A stretch of 64,000 nucleotides of DNA from Candidatus Limnocylindrus sp. Lineage in GTDB: Bacteria; Chloroflexota; Limnocylindria; Limnocylindrales; Limnocylindraceae. Each line of letters starts with the position of its first letter. Position 1 is the first letter of the stretch. The position numbers and the translations under genes were made by a program. This document shows positions 49,726 to 59,474 of this stretch, piece after piece. Location: assembly GCA_040397175.1 (NCBI GenBank), contig JBBAWM010000002.1, positions 21,572 through 85,571 on the forward strand. Reading direction: 5' to 3'. Below the pieces are notes generated by a model. The model searched no databases. It worked only from the letters and a program-made list of their open reading frames with translations, and was not told the DNA's origin.

Positions 49726-50730
49726 TCAGCGCTTCCCCCAGAGTGATCCCGTATCTTTGCCGAGATGGGCGCGCGCCGCGTCGGTTACGACGCGACCTTG
49801 TGGGGTGCGGTCAATAAACCCGATCCGCAGCAGGTATGGCTCAAATACATCTTCAAGTGCGTCAGCGGACTCACCCAGCAGCGCCGCCATGGCCGCCACG
49901 CCAACCGGCCCACCATTGAACTTCTCGATCATGACGGTGAGCAGCTTGCGATCCGTTGCATCAAGGCCCGCATGGTCGATCTGCAAACCTTGCAGTGCCT
50001 GCGCCGCAGCCTCACCAGTGATGTTCGTTGAGCCAGCCACCTGAACCTCGTCGCGAACACGGCGTAACAGGCGGTTTGCAACACGTGGTGTGCCGCGACT
50101 ACGCGCCGCAATCAGCGCAGCTGCCTCAGCGGTGATCGCAATCCCGAGGATGCCGGCAGATCGGCGAACGATTGCGGCGAGATCGGCGTCATCGTAAAAG
50201 TCGAGTCGCTGCACCGCGCCGAAGCGATCACGGAGCGGCGAAGAGAGCATGCCGACTCGCGTAGTTGCACCGATGAGCGTGAACGGCGCAATGTCGAGTC
50301 GCAGCGACTGTGCCGATCCGCGGTTGCCAATGACAATGTCGATGGAGCGGTCCTCCATCGCCGGATAGAGCACCTCCTCGACAGCGCGGCCGAGGCGATG
50401 GATCTCGTCGATGAAGAGCACCTGTCGTGGCGTCAAGTCGGTGAGAATCGCTGCCATTTGTCCACCATGCTCAATTGCTGGACCTGAGGTGAAGCGGATT
50501 TCAACGCCGAGCTCCTTGGCAACAATGGCTGCCAGGGTGGTTTTTCCGAGCCCTGGAGGACCATGGAGGAGGAGATGGTCCGCAGCCTCGCCACGCTCGC
50601 GTGCCGCCTGCAGCAGCGTGGTGAGCGAACGTTTCGCCTCAACCTGGCCGACGTACTCGCCGAGAGATGCGGGGCGTAGTGTGGTTTCCGCACTCAGATC
50701 CGCGGCGTCGGTTCGCGATTCGCCGCTCAT
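49726..50730 (-). CDS. ruvB: Holliday junction helicase RuvB
   Basis: The product has [14 protein letters not shown] and the AAA+ fold. Confidence 0.95.
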   Translation of the reverse strand: MSGESRTDAADLSAETTLRPASLGEYVGQVEAKRSLTTLLQAARERGEAADHLLLHGPPGLGKTTLAAIVAKELGVEIRFTSGPAIEHGGQMAAILTDLTPRQVLFIDEIHRLGRAVEEVLYPAMEDRSIDIVIGNRGSAQSLRLDIAPFTLIGATTRVGMLSSPLRDRFGAVQRLDFYDDADLAAIVRRSAGILGIAITAEAAALIAARSRGTPRVANRLLRRVRDEVQVAGSTNITGEAAAQALQGLQIDHAGLDATDRKLLTVMIEKFNGGPVGVAAMAALLGESADALEDVFEPYLLRIGFIDRTPQGRVVTDAARAHLGKDTGSLWGKR

Positions 50731-51320
50731 GCTCGCTCCTTCAGGGCTGCACGCAGGCGGTCTGCGAGGGGTTCGGCGGCAAGGGCCTTGTTGGCGGAGA
50801 CGGCAGCCGCCATCTCCTTCGCCTCCCGCGCAGGGAAGCCGAGGCTTCGGAGAGCGCCTTGCAGGTCGCGATCCGCATCGCCCTTTGCGCCAACCTCAGC
50901 CTCCGCTGAGGCCTCACGGGTCATGCGATCGCCGAGCTCAACGATGATGCGCGCTGCGAGGCGCTTTCCCACCCCCGGGGCCTTGGCGATGACCGTCTCG
51001 TCGCCATCAACCAACGCACGACGCAAGAGATCTGGGCCGTGCGTTGCAAGCAGGGCGATGGCTACCTTTGGACCCACGCCGCTCACATCCAGCAGGGTGG
51101 CAAAGAGACGCGCCTGATCGCGTGTCGGAAATCCGACCAGGGTCTCGCTGTCTTCGCGAACGATGTGGTGCAGATAGAGTTCAAGCACCGCCCCTTCGGT
51201 CGCAGTATGCAGAACCGCTGGAAGGGTACGAATGCGGAGACCAAGACCGTTTGCGCTGAGCACTACGGCGTCCTCCTCAATCCAGAGCACGGAACCGTGG
51301 ATGTAGGCGTACACGGTCAC
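50727..51320 (-). CDS. ruvA: Holliday junction DNA-binding protein RuvA
   Basis: The product has an OB domain, HhH motifs ([12 protein letters not shown]) and a C-terminal domain. Confidence 0.9.
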   Translation of the reverse strand: MTVYAYIHGSVLWIEEDAVVLSANGLGLRIRTLPAVLHTATEGAVLELYLHHIVREDSETLVGFPTRDQARLFATLLDVSGVGPKVAIALLATHGPDLLRRALVDGDETVIAKAPGVGKRLAARIIVELGDRMTREASAEAEVGAKGDADRDLQGALRSLGFPAREAKEMAAAVSANKALAAEPLADRLRAALKERA

Positions 51321-51904
51321 GTCCTCCCCGTGCGCAAGGCCGCGCGCACCGCTCGGTCAAATCCACTCTCTGCGACCACCGCCGCTGCGGCAGAGCGGTC
51401 AAGGCGTGAGGATCCGGAGCGGTGTTCCAGCTTGCGCGCGCCAGCGCCCCAGAGGGCCAGGGCGAGCGCATCGGCAGCGTCATCTGGGGTTGGGGTCGTC
51501 GACAGGGTGAGAAGTTTGGTGATCGCCTTCGTCACCGCCGCCTTCGTGGCGCGACCCTCACCGGCAATTGCCCGCTTCATCTCTGAAGGTGTCGCTTCGA
51601 CCACTTCAATGTTGTGGTCGGTGGCAATCAGGAGGGCAACACCACGAACGGCGCCGATCGCAACAGCCGACTGCAGGTTGGATTGGGAGAAGATCCGCTC
51701 GATGGCGATACGGTCTGGTCGATGCTCCTCAATGAGCGCGACAACGCCATCTCGCAAGATACTTAGTCGAGCACCAAGCGTCAGCGTTGCGGCGGTGCGA
51801 AGCGCCCCATGTGCAACATGAACTGGGCGGGCACCGCCAGCGTCTACAACGCCCCAGCCGAAGGTTGCCGTTCCCGGGTCGAGTCCCAGGACGCGCATGC
51901 TCAT
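51317..51904 (-). CDS. ruvC: crossover junction endodeoxyribonuclease RuvC
   Basis: The product has RVLGLDPGTATFGWGVVD. Confidence 0.9.
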   Translation of the reverse strand: MSMRVLGLDPGTATFGWGVVDAGGARPVHVAHGALRTAATLTLGARLSILRDGVVALIEEHRPDRIAIERIFSQSNLQSAVAIGAVRGVALLIATDHNIEVVEATPSEMKRAIAGEGRATKAAVTKAITKLLTLSTTPTPDDAADALALALWGAGARKLEHRSGSSRLDRSAAAAVVAESGFDRAVRAALRTGRT

Positions 51905-52641
51905 CCAGCGATCTCGGCAAAGACCTCGGGTGGGACCTCAAAGTTCGCCGTAACTCGCTGCACATCGTCCAGCTCTTCCAGTGCGTCGATCAGCTTGAAA
52001 TTCTTGCGCGCGTCATCAGCCGACACCTCAACAGTGGATTTGGCAACGATGCCCGATTCAGCACTCTTCACCTTGATGCCGGCCGCCTCCAGGGCACCCT
52101 GCACCGAGTGAATCTCGTGGGGGTCGGAGTACACGAAGACGCGCCCTTCGTCGGCCTCGACATCCGCAGCACCTGCCTCAATCGCCGCCTCCCCCACCGC
52201 TTCAAACGAACCGAGGCATTCAATCACGCCGCGTGCTTCGAATTGCCAGGCAACGGCGCCGCTACTGGCGAGCGCACCGCCCGACTTGGTGAAGAGGCTG
52301 CGAACCTCAGATGCCGTGCGATTGCGGTTGTCGGTGGCCGCCTCGACGAGCACCGCAACGCCGCCTGGACCATACCCCTCATAGACAATCTCTTCGTAGG
52401 CGTCACTCTGTCCGAGCCCTGCGGCGCGCTCAATGGCACGTTTGATGTTGTCGTTCGGCATGTTGAGGCCCCGCCCCTTGTCAATCGCCAGGCGGAGGCG
52501 TGGATTCGCGGCCGGATCGGGGCCGCTGATCCGGGCTGCGATGGTGATCTCGCGCGACACCTTCGTAAATTGGGCGGCACGCTTTGCGTCGGTCGCCCCC
52601 TTGGCACGCTTGATCGTCGACCATTTCGAATGTCCAGACAT
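51901..52641 (-). CDS. yebC: YebC/PmpR family transcriptional regulator
   Basis: The product has MSGHSKWSTIKRAKGATDAKRA. Confidence 0.9.
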   Translation of the reverse strand: MSGHSKWSTIKRAKGATDAKRAAQFTKVSREITIAARISGPDPAANPRLRLAIDKGRGLNMPNDNIKRAIERAAGLGQSDAYEEIVYEGYGPGGVAVLVEAATDNRNRTASEVRSLFTKSGGALASSGAVAWQFEARGVIECLGSFEAVGEAAIEAGAADVEADEGRVFVYSDPHEIHSVQGALEAAGIKVKSAESGIVAKSTVEVSADDARKNFKLIDALEELDDVQRVTANFEVPPEVFAEIAG

Positions 52642-52688
52642 GCGGGGAGTATAGGCGAGGCGAGCGCACTCCCCCGCAGGGACTGGCG

Positions 52689-53996
52689 TTAGGCCCGGCG
52701 AAGAAGGCGGTAGTCGCGGCGCCCCTTGCGCAGCAGGAGCGAGCCGTCGCTTAGCGGGGGAAACGAGGAGGCGGCAGCGGCACCGTCAGGCGCGGGGGCG
52801 CCGTTGACACTCACGCCCCCCTGCTCAATCAGACGACGCGCCTCGCTCTTTGAGGTGGCAAGGCCAGCGGCGATCACAAGGTCGACCAAGGTAGTGTCAG
52901 CCGCGGAGGGCAGACCGCTCGTTGGAAGTTCGCCCGCCAGCATCTCCAATGCTTCAGCCGAGAGCGCACGAAGATCTGGGGAGCCACCCTCACCATCGCC
53001 AAACAGCGCATCGGCAACGGCTGCGGCGCGAGCCTCCACATCGGCGCCGTGCACCATGCCGGTCACCGTGCGAGCGAGGTGACGCTGCGCCCGCCGGGCG
53101 GCGGGGTTCTCCGCATGACGAGCCATGAGCGCCGCGGTATCAGCGATGCTGTCAAGGGTGAAGCGGTGCAGGAGCGACGCAACCGACTCATCATCCTGCT
53201 CCATCCAAAACTGGCGGAAGGCAAATGGGCTGGTCCGAGATGGATCCAGCCACACTGCACCCTCGGCCGTTTTGCCGAATTTTGCGCCACTCTTGGCGAG
53301 GAGGAGTGGGTAGCAGAGACCAAATGCCTGAGGGGCCCCGTCGGCGCGCTCCCCTTCGGTGCGTCGAATCAGCTCCGTGCCGGCGGTGATGTTCCCCCAC
53401 TGATCGGAGCCGCCCATCTGGAGCTCCACCCCATGCAACTTCCGCAGCATCAGGAAGTCGTAGCTTTGCAGCAGCATGTAGCTGAACTCGGTGAATGAAA
53501 GGCCGCCCTCGAGGCGGGTCTTGACGCTCTCCTTCGCCAGCATGTAGCCGACGGTGAGGTGCTTCCCCGTGTCGCGAAGGAAATCGATCAGCCCAAGTTC
53601 ACCAAGCCAACTCAAGTTGTCGAGCAGCAAGGCACCGCCCTTTCCGGTGAAGTCAACGAGGGTCGCAAGCTGTGCGCCAATAGCGGCCCGATTGTGGTCA
53701 AGGGTTGCCCGATCCAGGAGGTTTCGTTCTGCAGATCGCCCCGACGGGTCCCCAATCATTCCTGTCCCTCCGCCCACGAGGGCGACGGGGCGACCACCGT
53801 GTAGCTGTAGTCGTCGCAGCGCAAGGACACCCATGAGGTGCCCAACATGGAGCGAATCGGCGCTGGGGTCAAAGCCGATATAGGCGCTGATCGCTGGGTC
53901 TGCCACCAAACGCTGGTCGAGGCCCGCGGTTACTTCATGGACCAAGCCTCGCTCGGTGAAGTCGCGGAGCAGCTTCGAGGCTGGTGGGTTCATCAT
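52689..53996 (-). CDS. tyrS: tyrosine--tRNA ligase
   Basis: The product has the HIGH motif as LHVGHL, KFGKT (KMSKS), and a C-terminal S4 domain. Confidence 0.9.
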   Translation of the reverse strand: MMNPPASKLLRDFTERGLVHEVTAGLDQRLVADPAISAYIGFDPSADSLHVGHLMGVLALRRLQLHGGRPVALVGGGTGMIGDPSGRSAERNLLDRATLDHNRAAIGAQLATLVDFTGKGGALLLDNLSWLGELGLIDFLRDTGKHLTVGYMLAKESVKTRLEGGLSFTEFSYMLLQSYDFLMLRKLHGVELQMGGSDQWGNITAGTELIRRTEGERADGAPQAFGLCYPLLLAKSGAKFGKTAEGAVWLDPSRTSPFAFRQFWMEQDDESVASLLHRFTLDSIADTAALMARHAENPAARRAQRHLARTVTGMVHGADVEARAAAVADALFGDGEGGSPDLRALSAEALEMLAGELPTSGLPSAADTTLVDLVIAAGLATSKSEARRLIEQGGVSVNGAPAPDGAAAASSFPPLSDGSLLLRKGRRDYRLLRRA

Positions 53997-54020
53997 GCGC
54001 CCTATGCTACCTTCACAGCG

Positions 54021-56579
54021 ATGAACATGGCCTCTGGAAACTCAACCCAGCGAAGCGGCCGCCCCCGAAAACGGCTTCTCGGGGGTCTCTTCGCCCTCCT
54101 GCCCGTTGCCCTCCTCGGGGCCTGCCTCCTGATCGCCGCAATCGCCTACGGCGGCACGATTGCGATCTACGGCGTGGTCGTTAACGACCTCCCTGACCCG
54201 AAGGATCTTGACACCATCGTCCTCAACCAGAACACCACGGTCTACGACAGAACGGGGAAGGTGCAGCTCGCCGCTTTCGGATCGGATCGACGGACTGAGG
54301 TGGATTTCGCCAACATTCCGAGCATTGTGCTCGACACAACGACGGCAGTTGAAGATAAGACCTACTGGGAGAACGCTGGGTTTGACCCCCTCGGCTTCGT
54401 GGCGGCTGCACTCGACACCGTGCGAGGTTCCGGTCGCGGCGGCTCAACGATCACCCAGCAGCTCGTTCGTGGCGTGCTCCTTCCAGAGTCTGCCTTCGCT
54501 GGTAGCGTCTATGAGCGCAAGGTGAAAGAGATCATTCAGGCCATCCGTCTCACCAGAGAGTTCCCAGGGCGGATTGGCAAAGAGAAGGTGATCGCGAAGT
54601 ACCTCAACAACAATTACTACGGCTCGCGTTCGTACGGCATCCTCACCGCGTCACAGCAGTACTTCGGGAAGACGCTGGACCAGCTCACGCTTGGCGAGGC
54701 GGCACTGCTCGCCGCCATCCCCCAGGCTCCAAGCACCTACGATCTCCGCCAGAATGCCGTCGTTGGCGCAGATGGAGTCATTCGCGTCCCACTCGATTCC
54801 GCCGTGGCGAAACGTCGCAGCGTGGTGTTGGACCTACTGAAATCGGCGCGTGATGGCGGCATCCCACAAGAGACCGCGAGCATTACCGACGCTGAAATCG
54901 AGGCCGCACGAACGGAAGAGATCGTGTTGATCACCTCGCCACTCAACAAGATGAGTGCGCCACACTTCGTCAATCGTGTGCGCGACTTCCTCACGAGCAT
55001 CCTCTGCACCAGTCCCGAGGGGTGCCAGCAGCAGCTCGATACTGGCGGGTACAAGGTGATAACGACCCTCGATTGGGGGATGCAGCAGGCGGCCGAAAAG
55101 TGGGCCCTCGCGGTGCGCTCCACCAAGATCGCGAACTATCAGGCCTATCTGAAGACGATCGGCATTAAGCCCACGGACTGGCTCAAAACCATCAACGGGC
55201 TCGCGATCAACAACGCCGCCGTGACAACGCTTGATGCCCGTACGGGCGATATCCTTGCGTATGCAGGATCGGCTGACTACTACGGCCAGGCCGACGGTAC
55301 CGTCTTCCAACCCGAATACGACGTACTGAGTGCTTACCGACAGCCAGGCAGTTCGATCAAGCCGATCATGTACGCCTACGCCCTCGAAGACCGTGCGGTT
55401 ACTCCAGCGACGATCTTGATGGATGTGCCTGTGGACTTCGGTCAAGGCTGGACGCCAGCGAGTTCCGATGGAAGCGAGCATGGGCCGGTACGAATGCGCC
55501 AAGCGCTCCAGGGTTCGCTCAACGTGCCAGCAATTAAGGCGTTGATTCGCGCGGGCCAAGACCGCGTCTGGCGGCAGATGCGCGATGGTGCCTTCACCTT
55601 CCAGTACAACAACGAGAACGTTGCCGGCGCCTCACTCGCCATCGGTACGCTCGAGGTTCGATACGTCGACCTACTCTCCGCCTACGGCGCCCTCGCCAAT
55701 GAGGGAACGATGGTTGGCCGTCGCTATATCCTGCGTATTGAAGACCGTAATGGAGCGGTGATCTGGGAGGCACCAGCGCCGCTCGAGAGCGCCAAGCAAA
55801 TCTTCGCGAAGGAGACTGCGGAGCTCATGACCGACATCATCGCGGGGAATACGGATCCTGCGGTGAATCGTCCATGGTCGAGGCGCAAGATCATGGCCAG
55901 TGGTGGCAAGCGCCGCCCAGCGGCGTTCAAGACCGGCACAACCGACCAAACCAAGGACCTTGCGGCATTCGGGTACCTGGCCGCACCGAGCGATCCGACC
56001 GCCCAACAGCTCGTTACCGGTGTCTGGATGGGCAACTCCGACTCCACCCCAGCAACGGTCTACTCCCTTGATTCTGCGGGTGGGCTTTGGCAGTCGTACT
56101 TCACCCAGATCTCATCGAAGCTGCCGATTGCGGACTTCGCCAAGCCCACCGGCCTCGAGGAGGTGGTCATCGACGCGAACACCGGCGAACTTCCTGGACC
56201 CTGTACCACGCTCACAACGAGCGAATACTTCTTCCCAGGGACGGCCCCAACCACCGCCTGCAGCACCACGCGCCTCCTCACAATCGATGGCGCCACGGGG
56301 CTCCTGTGGGCTGATGGTTGCGCTGGCCCGCAAATCAGTGCCAGCTATTTGGATCTGAGCGGCCTCGAATCACAGTGGCCAAAATGGCAGGCGGCGAACC
56401 TTGAATGGATTGAGCGTGCACGCCTTGGCGCGGGCATAGTCGGCGGTGTTCGTGGTGGCATGACGGCGTATTTCTACGCACCGATCTGGCAGCCAAACGG
56501 AGCTACCTGGGGCGGAACCATCGCCCCTACCCGCTCCTGCCTTGCGCCGCCCACGCCGTCGCCGGTCCCCGCACCGTAG
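54021..56579 (+). CDS. class A penicillin-binding protein (PBP1A; transglycosylase + transpeptidase), ATG 54021 inside ORF 53838..
   Basis: The product has an N-terminal TM segment, the GT51 motifs EDKTYWEN and GGSTITQQL, and the transpeptidase motif GSSIKP. Confidence 0.85.
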   Translation: MNMASGNSTQRSGRPRKRLLGGLFALLPVALLGACLLIAAIAYGGTIAIYGVVVNDLPDPKDLDTIVLNQNTTVYDRTGKVQLAAFGSDRRTEVDFANIPSIVLDTTTAVEDKTYWENAGFDPLGFVAAALDTVRGSGRGGSTITQQLVRGVLLPESAFAGSVYERKVKEIIQAIRLTREFPGRIGKEKVIAKYLNNNYYGSRSYGILTASQQYFGKTLDQLTLGEAALLAAIPQAPSTYDLRQNAVVGADGVIRVPLDSAVAKRRSVVLDLLKSARDGGIPQETASITDAEIEAARTEEIVLITSPLNKMSAPHFVNRVRDFLTSILCTSPEGCQQQLDTGGYKVITTLDWGMQQAAEKWALAVRSTKIANYQAYLKTIGIKPTDWLKTINGLAINNAAVTTLDARTGDILAYAGSADYYGQADGTVFQPEYDVLSAYRQPGSSIKPIMYAYALEDRAVTPATILMDVPVDFGQGWTPASSDGSEHGPVRMRQALQGSLNVPAIKALIRAGQDRVWRQMRDGAFTFQYNNENVAGASLAIGTLEVRYVDLLSAYGALANEGTMVGRRYILRIEDRNGAVIWEAPAPLESAKQIFAKETAELMTDIIAGNTDPAVNRPWSRRKIMASGGKRRPAAFKTGTTDQTKDLAAFGYLAAPSDPTAQQLVTGVWMGNSDSTPATVYSLDSAGGLWQSYFTQISSKLPIADFAKPTGLEEVVIDANTGELPGPCTTLTTSEYFFPGTAPTTACSTTRLLTIDGATGLLWADGCAGPQISASYLDLSGLESQWPKWQAANLEWIERARLGAGIVGGVRGGMTAYFYAPIWQPNGATWGGTIAPTRSCLAPPTPSPVPAP

Positions 56580-56586
56580 CTTCGGC

Positions 56587-58926
56587 CTAGAGGAGCGCGA
56601 CGGTCACACCTTCTCGGCCCGGCTCGTCGGCCAAGCGCACGTCGCGAACTTCTGGAAGCTCTCGCAGTTTCTGACGCACTGCATCTCGGAGCGCCCCTGT
56701 GCCAACACCGTGGATGATCTCTAACTGCTCTCCACCAGCCATGAGTACTGCGCTAATGCGTGCCTCGAGGGCTACTAGCGCGTCTTCCACGCGTGCACCA
56801 CGCAGATCGAGCTTTGCTGTCGTCACTGAACCGGCCTGCCGCGCTGCAGGTTGGTTCGGAGCCTTCGTTGCTCCGAGGATTTTGCTGATCTCTGAGATTG
56901 GCAGCGAGCTGCGCATTCGGCCGAGGGCAACCGTCGCAGTTGCACCATCGATCGCAAGCAGCGTGCCACGCGCCCCTGAGCGCAGGACTACATCGCTTCC
57001 AACGGCAGCCTCCAGCGCCAACGGAGCGAGACTCTCCTGCCGATCTCCCACATCACCTAGCACCGACATATCTCCTGCAGCAACCGCGCGGTCTAGGTCC
57101 GAAGCCACCGCCAGGATCTCTGGTGTGAGACTTCCTGACTCGAGTGCGGCACGCAACTGTTCCACCCGAAGCAGGATCGCCGCGGCAGCCTCTCGTGCCT
57201 CTGTGGTAGCAGTGTGGCGCGCCTCGGCTACCGCTCGCTCAGTTGCTCGTCGTAGTTCGACCGCCTGGGCAAGTGAATCTGCTGCTCGCTCTTGCAGCCC
57301 CTCTGCAACATACCGTGCTTCGCGAGCAGCGCGCTCGGCATCTGCGGCCGCGGTAAGTGCCGCATCGAGCGCCACACCTTGGTCACTGCGTCGAGCCTGT
57401 GCCGCGTCGAGTAGCGCTTGCGGCAGACCGAGACGCGCGGCGATCGCAAATGCCTGCGAACCTCCTGGAGCGCCAACCTCGAGGCGATACGTGGGGGCAA
57501 GGGTTACAAGGTCGAAGGCCACCGAGCCGTTAACCACGCCTGGCGTCACATGCGCATACTGCTTGAGCTCCGCATAGTGACTTGTCGCCAACACGCGGCA
57601 ACCCCGCAGTCGAAGCTCATCAATGATAGCGGCCGCGAGCGCCGCCCCTTCCGCCGGATCGGTCCCCGCTCCCGCCTCGTCGAGGAGCACGACGTCACCC
57701 GACTCGGCACCGATGAGGATCCGCTGGATTGAGGTGAGGTGACCGGAGAAGGTGCTTAAACTCTGTGCAATGGACTGATCGTCACCGATGTCCGCCCAGA
57801 CGTTGCCAGTGAACGGCACCATCGACCCCGGCCCACTGGGGATCGGGAGACCGGCGTGATGCATCGCCGTGAGGAGGCCCACCGCCTTTAGCGCCACCGT
57901 CTTGCCACCCGTATTCGGTCCAGTGATCACCAGGACGCGGCGCTCCGCATCAAGGTGCAGGCTCATCGGCACGACGGGTGGCGTCAAGAGCGGGTGACTC
58001 GCTTCGGTTAACCACAGGTCACCGCTGGATGCGCCATCGGCGTAGAGCCACCCTCGTTCGCGCGCCACATCGGCAACAGCTCGGGCCAGATCGAAGAGCG
58101 CGAGACGTTCGCCGTTGGAACGGAGTGCTCCCGCGTCTGCACCGACGAACGCTGAGAGCGACCCGAGGATCCGCGCCTCTTCGGTAGCGACCGCCGCCTC
58201 AGCTTCGCGCACGGCGTTTCCGAGCTCAACAACCTCAAGTGGCTCGATCCAAACCGTTTGACCCGTTGCGCTCGCGTCGTGCACGATCCCTGGGACACGT
58301 GACTTCCACTCGGATCGGACGGGCAGCACGTAACGACCGTTCCGCACCGTGACGATGGGCTCCTGGAGGTAGGGAATGTAGTTCTTCGCATGTGCGAGCG
58401 TTTCGAGGCGAGTGCGGAGCCGCTCGAGGCTGGTTCGATGGAGGGCGCGCAACCCACCCAGGAGCGGCGACGCCGCATCGACGATCGTTCCATCAGGGGC
58501 AATGGCGCGCTCGATGGCACTTCGCAGCGGACGAAGCGGCGCAAACGCGGCACCAAGGGCGCTGAGCGTTGGGCCCGACCCAACGAGGTCGCTCGAAAGG
58601 CGCTCAACGACACGAAGCGTTTCACTCACCGCAAAAAGCGCGGCACCATCGAGTGAACCCCCCTTGGCGCCACGCTCTGCCGCTGGTTCGAGGTCACTGG
58701 CACCGCCAATGTGGGGATCTCCCCCATCGCGCCGGAGGTCGGCGATCTCACGCCCGAGGGATCGTAGGGTCGGCATGTTGCCCCCACCCGAGGTCGGACG
58801 CAGTTCGTGCGCAAGAAGACGAGACGGGGCGAAGGCACAGGCCGCCACAAGGATGTCAAGGAGTACGGCCCATTCGAGTCGAGTAAGGGAACGCTCGTCG
58901 TAGGAGTGCCCTGTGGAATCCCTCAC
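56587..58926 (-). CDS. mutS2: endonuclease MutS2
   Basis: The product has the MutS ATPase motifs ITGPNTGGKTV and DE, and a C-terminal Smr domain (LDLRGARVEDAL...IIHGVGTGALR). Confidence 0.85.
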   Translation of the reverse strand: MRDSTGHSYDERSLTRLEWAVLLDILVAACAFAPSRLLAHELRPTSGGGNMPTLRSLGREIADLRRDGGDPHIGGASDLEPAAERGAKGGSLDGAALFAVSETLRVVERLSSDLVGSGPTLSALGAAFAPLRPLRSAIERAIAPDGTIVDAASPLLGGLRALHRTSLERLRTRLETLAHAKNYIPYLQEPIVTVRNGRYVLPVRSEWKSRVPGIVHDASATGQTVWIEPLEVVELGNAVREAEAAVATEEARILGSLSAFVGADAGALRSNGERLALFDLARAVADVARERGWLYADGASSGDLWLTEASHPLLTPPVVPMSLHLDAERRVLVITGPNTGGKTVALKAVGLLTAMHHAGLPIPSGPGSMVPFTGNVWADIGDDQSIAQSLSTFSGHLTSIQRILIGAESGDVVLLDEAGAGTDPAEGAALAAAIIDELRLRGCRVLATSHYAELKQYAHVTPGVVNGSVAFDLVTLAPTYRLEVGAPGGSQAFAIAARLGLPQALLDAAQARRSDQGVALDAALTAAADAERAAREARYVAEGLQERAADSLAQAVELRRATERAVAEARHTATTEAREAAAAILLRVEQLRAALESGSLTPEILAVASDLDRAVAAGDMSVLGDVGDRQESLAPLALEAAVGSDVVLRSGARGTLLAIDGATATVALGRMRSSLPISEISKILGATKAPNQPAARQAGSVTTAKLDLRGARVEDALVALEARISAVLMAGGEQLEIIHGVGTGALRDAVRQKLRELPEVRDVRLADEPGREGVTVALL

Positions 58927-59474
58927 GGAACGAGCAGCGAGCGAAGGCCTTCTGGAAGGGCTCCGCCGAGGAGTAGATGTGCGACCGGAAAGACCACGCC
59001 ACGAATAACGTCAGATGATTGTGCAGCGGTAATTGCCACTGCAATGTCGTTGAGCGGGGCAGGGATGGGCAGCTTCGCTACGGCCGCAGCATCAAGGACA
59101 AAGATCAGGGCAGCCATCGCAACGCTCCCCTGAGCAACGCCAAAGAGTGCTCCGAGCGCGGTATCGAGCGGGCCAAGGTGAATGGCGCGCAGCGATGCCT
59201 GTAATAGTCGGCCGATCAGGAACGAGGCAATGGCCAAGAGCACCCAGATGCCACCAAGAAAGATGCCGAACCCGATCAGACGCGTATCGACATCGGGAAG
59301 GAGCGTCGCCACGAACTGCGTGATGACCATCTGACCCTGCGCGCTAATAAACAGGCCGAGCGCAAGAGCGAGGAGTGCGACGGCGCTGCGCGCCGCACCA
59401 GTTCGTCCCCCGCTCCACGCAGCTATGACGAGGAGCACCACAACTACAAGGTCGACGAGTACCGTCGGGCTCAT
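58923..59474 (-). CDS. cvpA: CvpA family membrane protein
   Basis: The product has four predicted TM helices and is 183 aa. Confidence 0.55.
   Translation of the reverse strand: MSPTVLVDLVVVVLLVIAAWSGGRTGAARSAVALLALALGLFISAQGQMVITQFVATLLPDVDTRLIGFGIFLGGIWVLLAIASFLIGRLLQASLRAIHLGPLDTALGALFGVAQGSVAMAALIFVLDAAAVAKLPIPAPLNDIAVAITAAQSSDVIRGVVFPVAHLLLGGALPEGLRSLLVP

Noticed and set aside
53838-54020. A PBP1A ORF extended 61 codons upstream, overlapping the tyrS start.
   Set aside because: The upstream residues lack signal or TM features. ATG 54021 gives a typical cytoplasmic tail followed by a TM segment.
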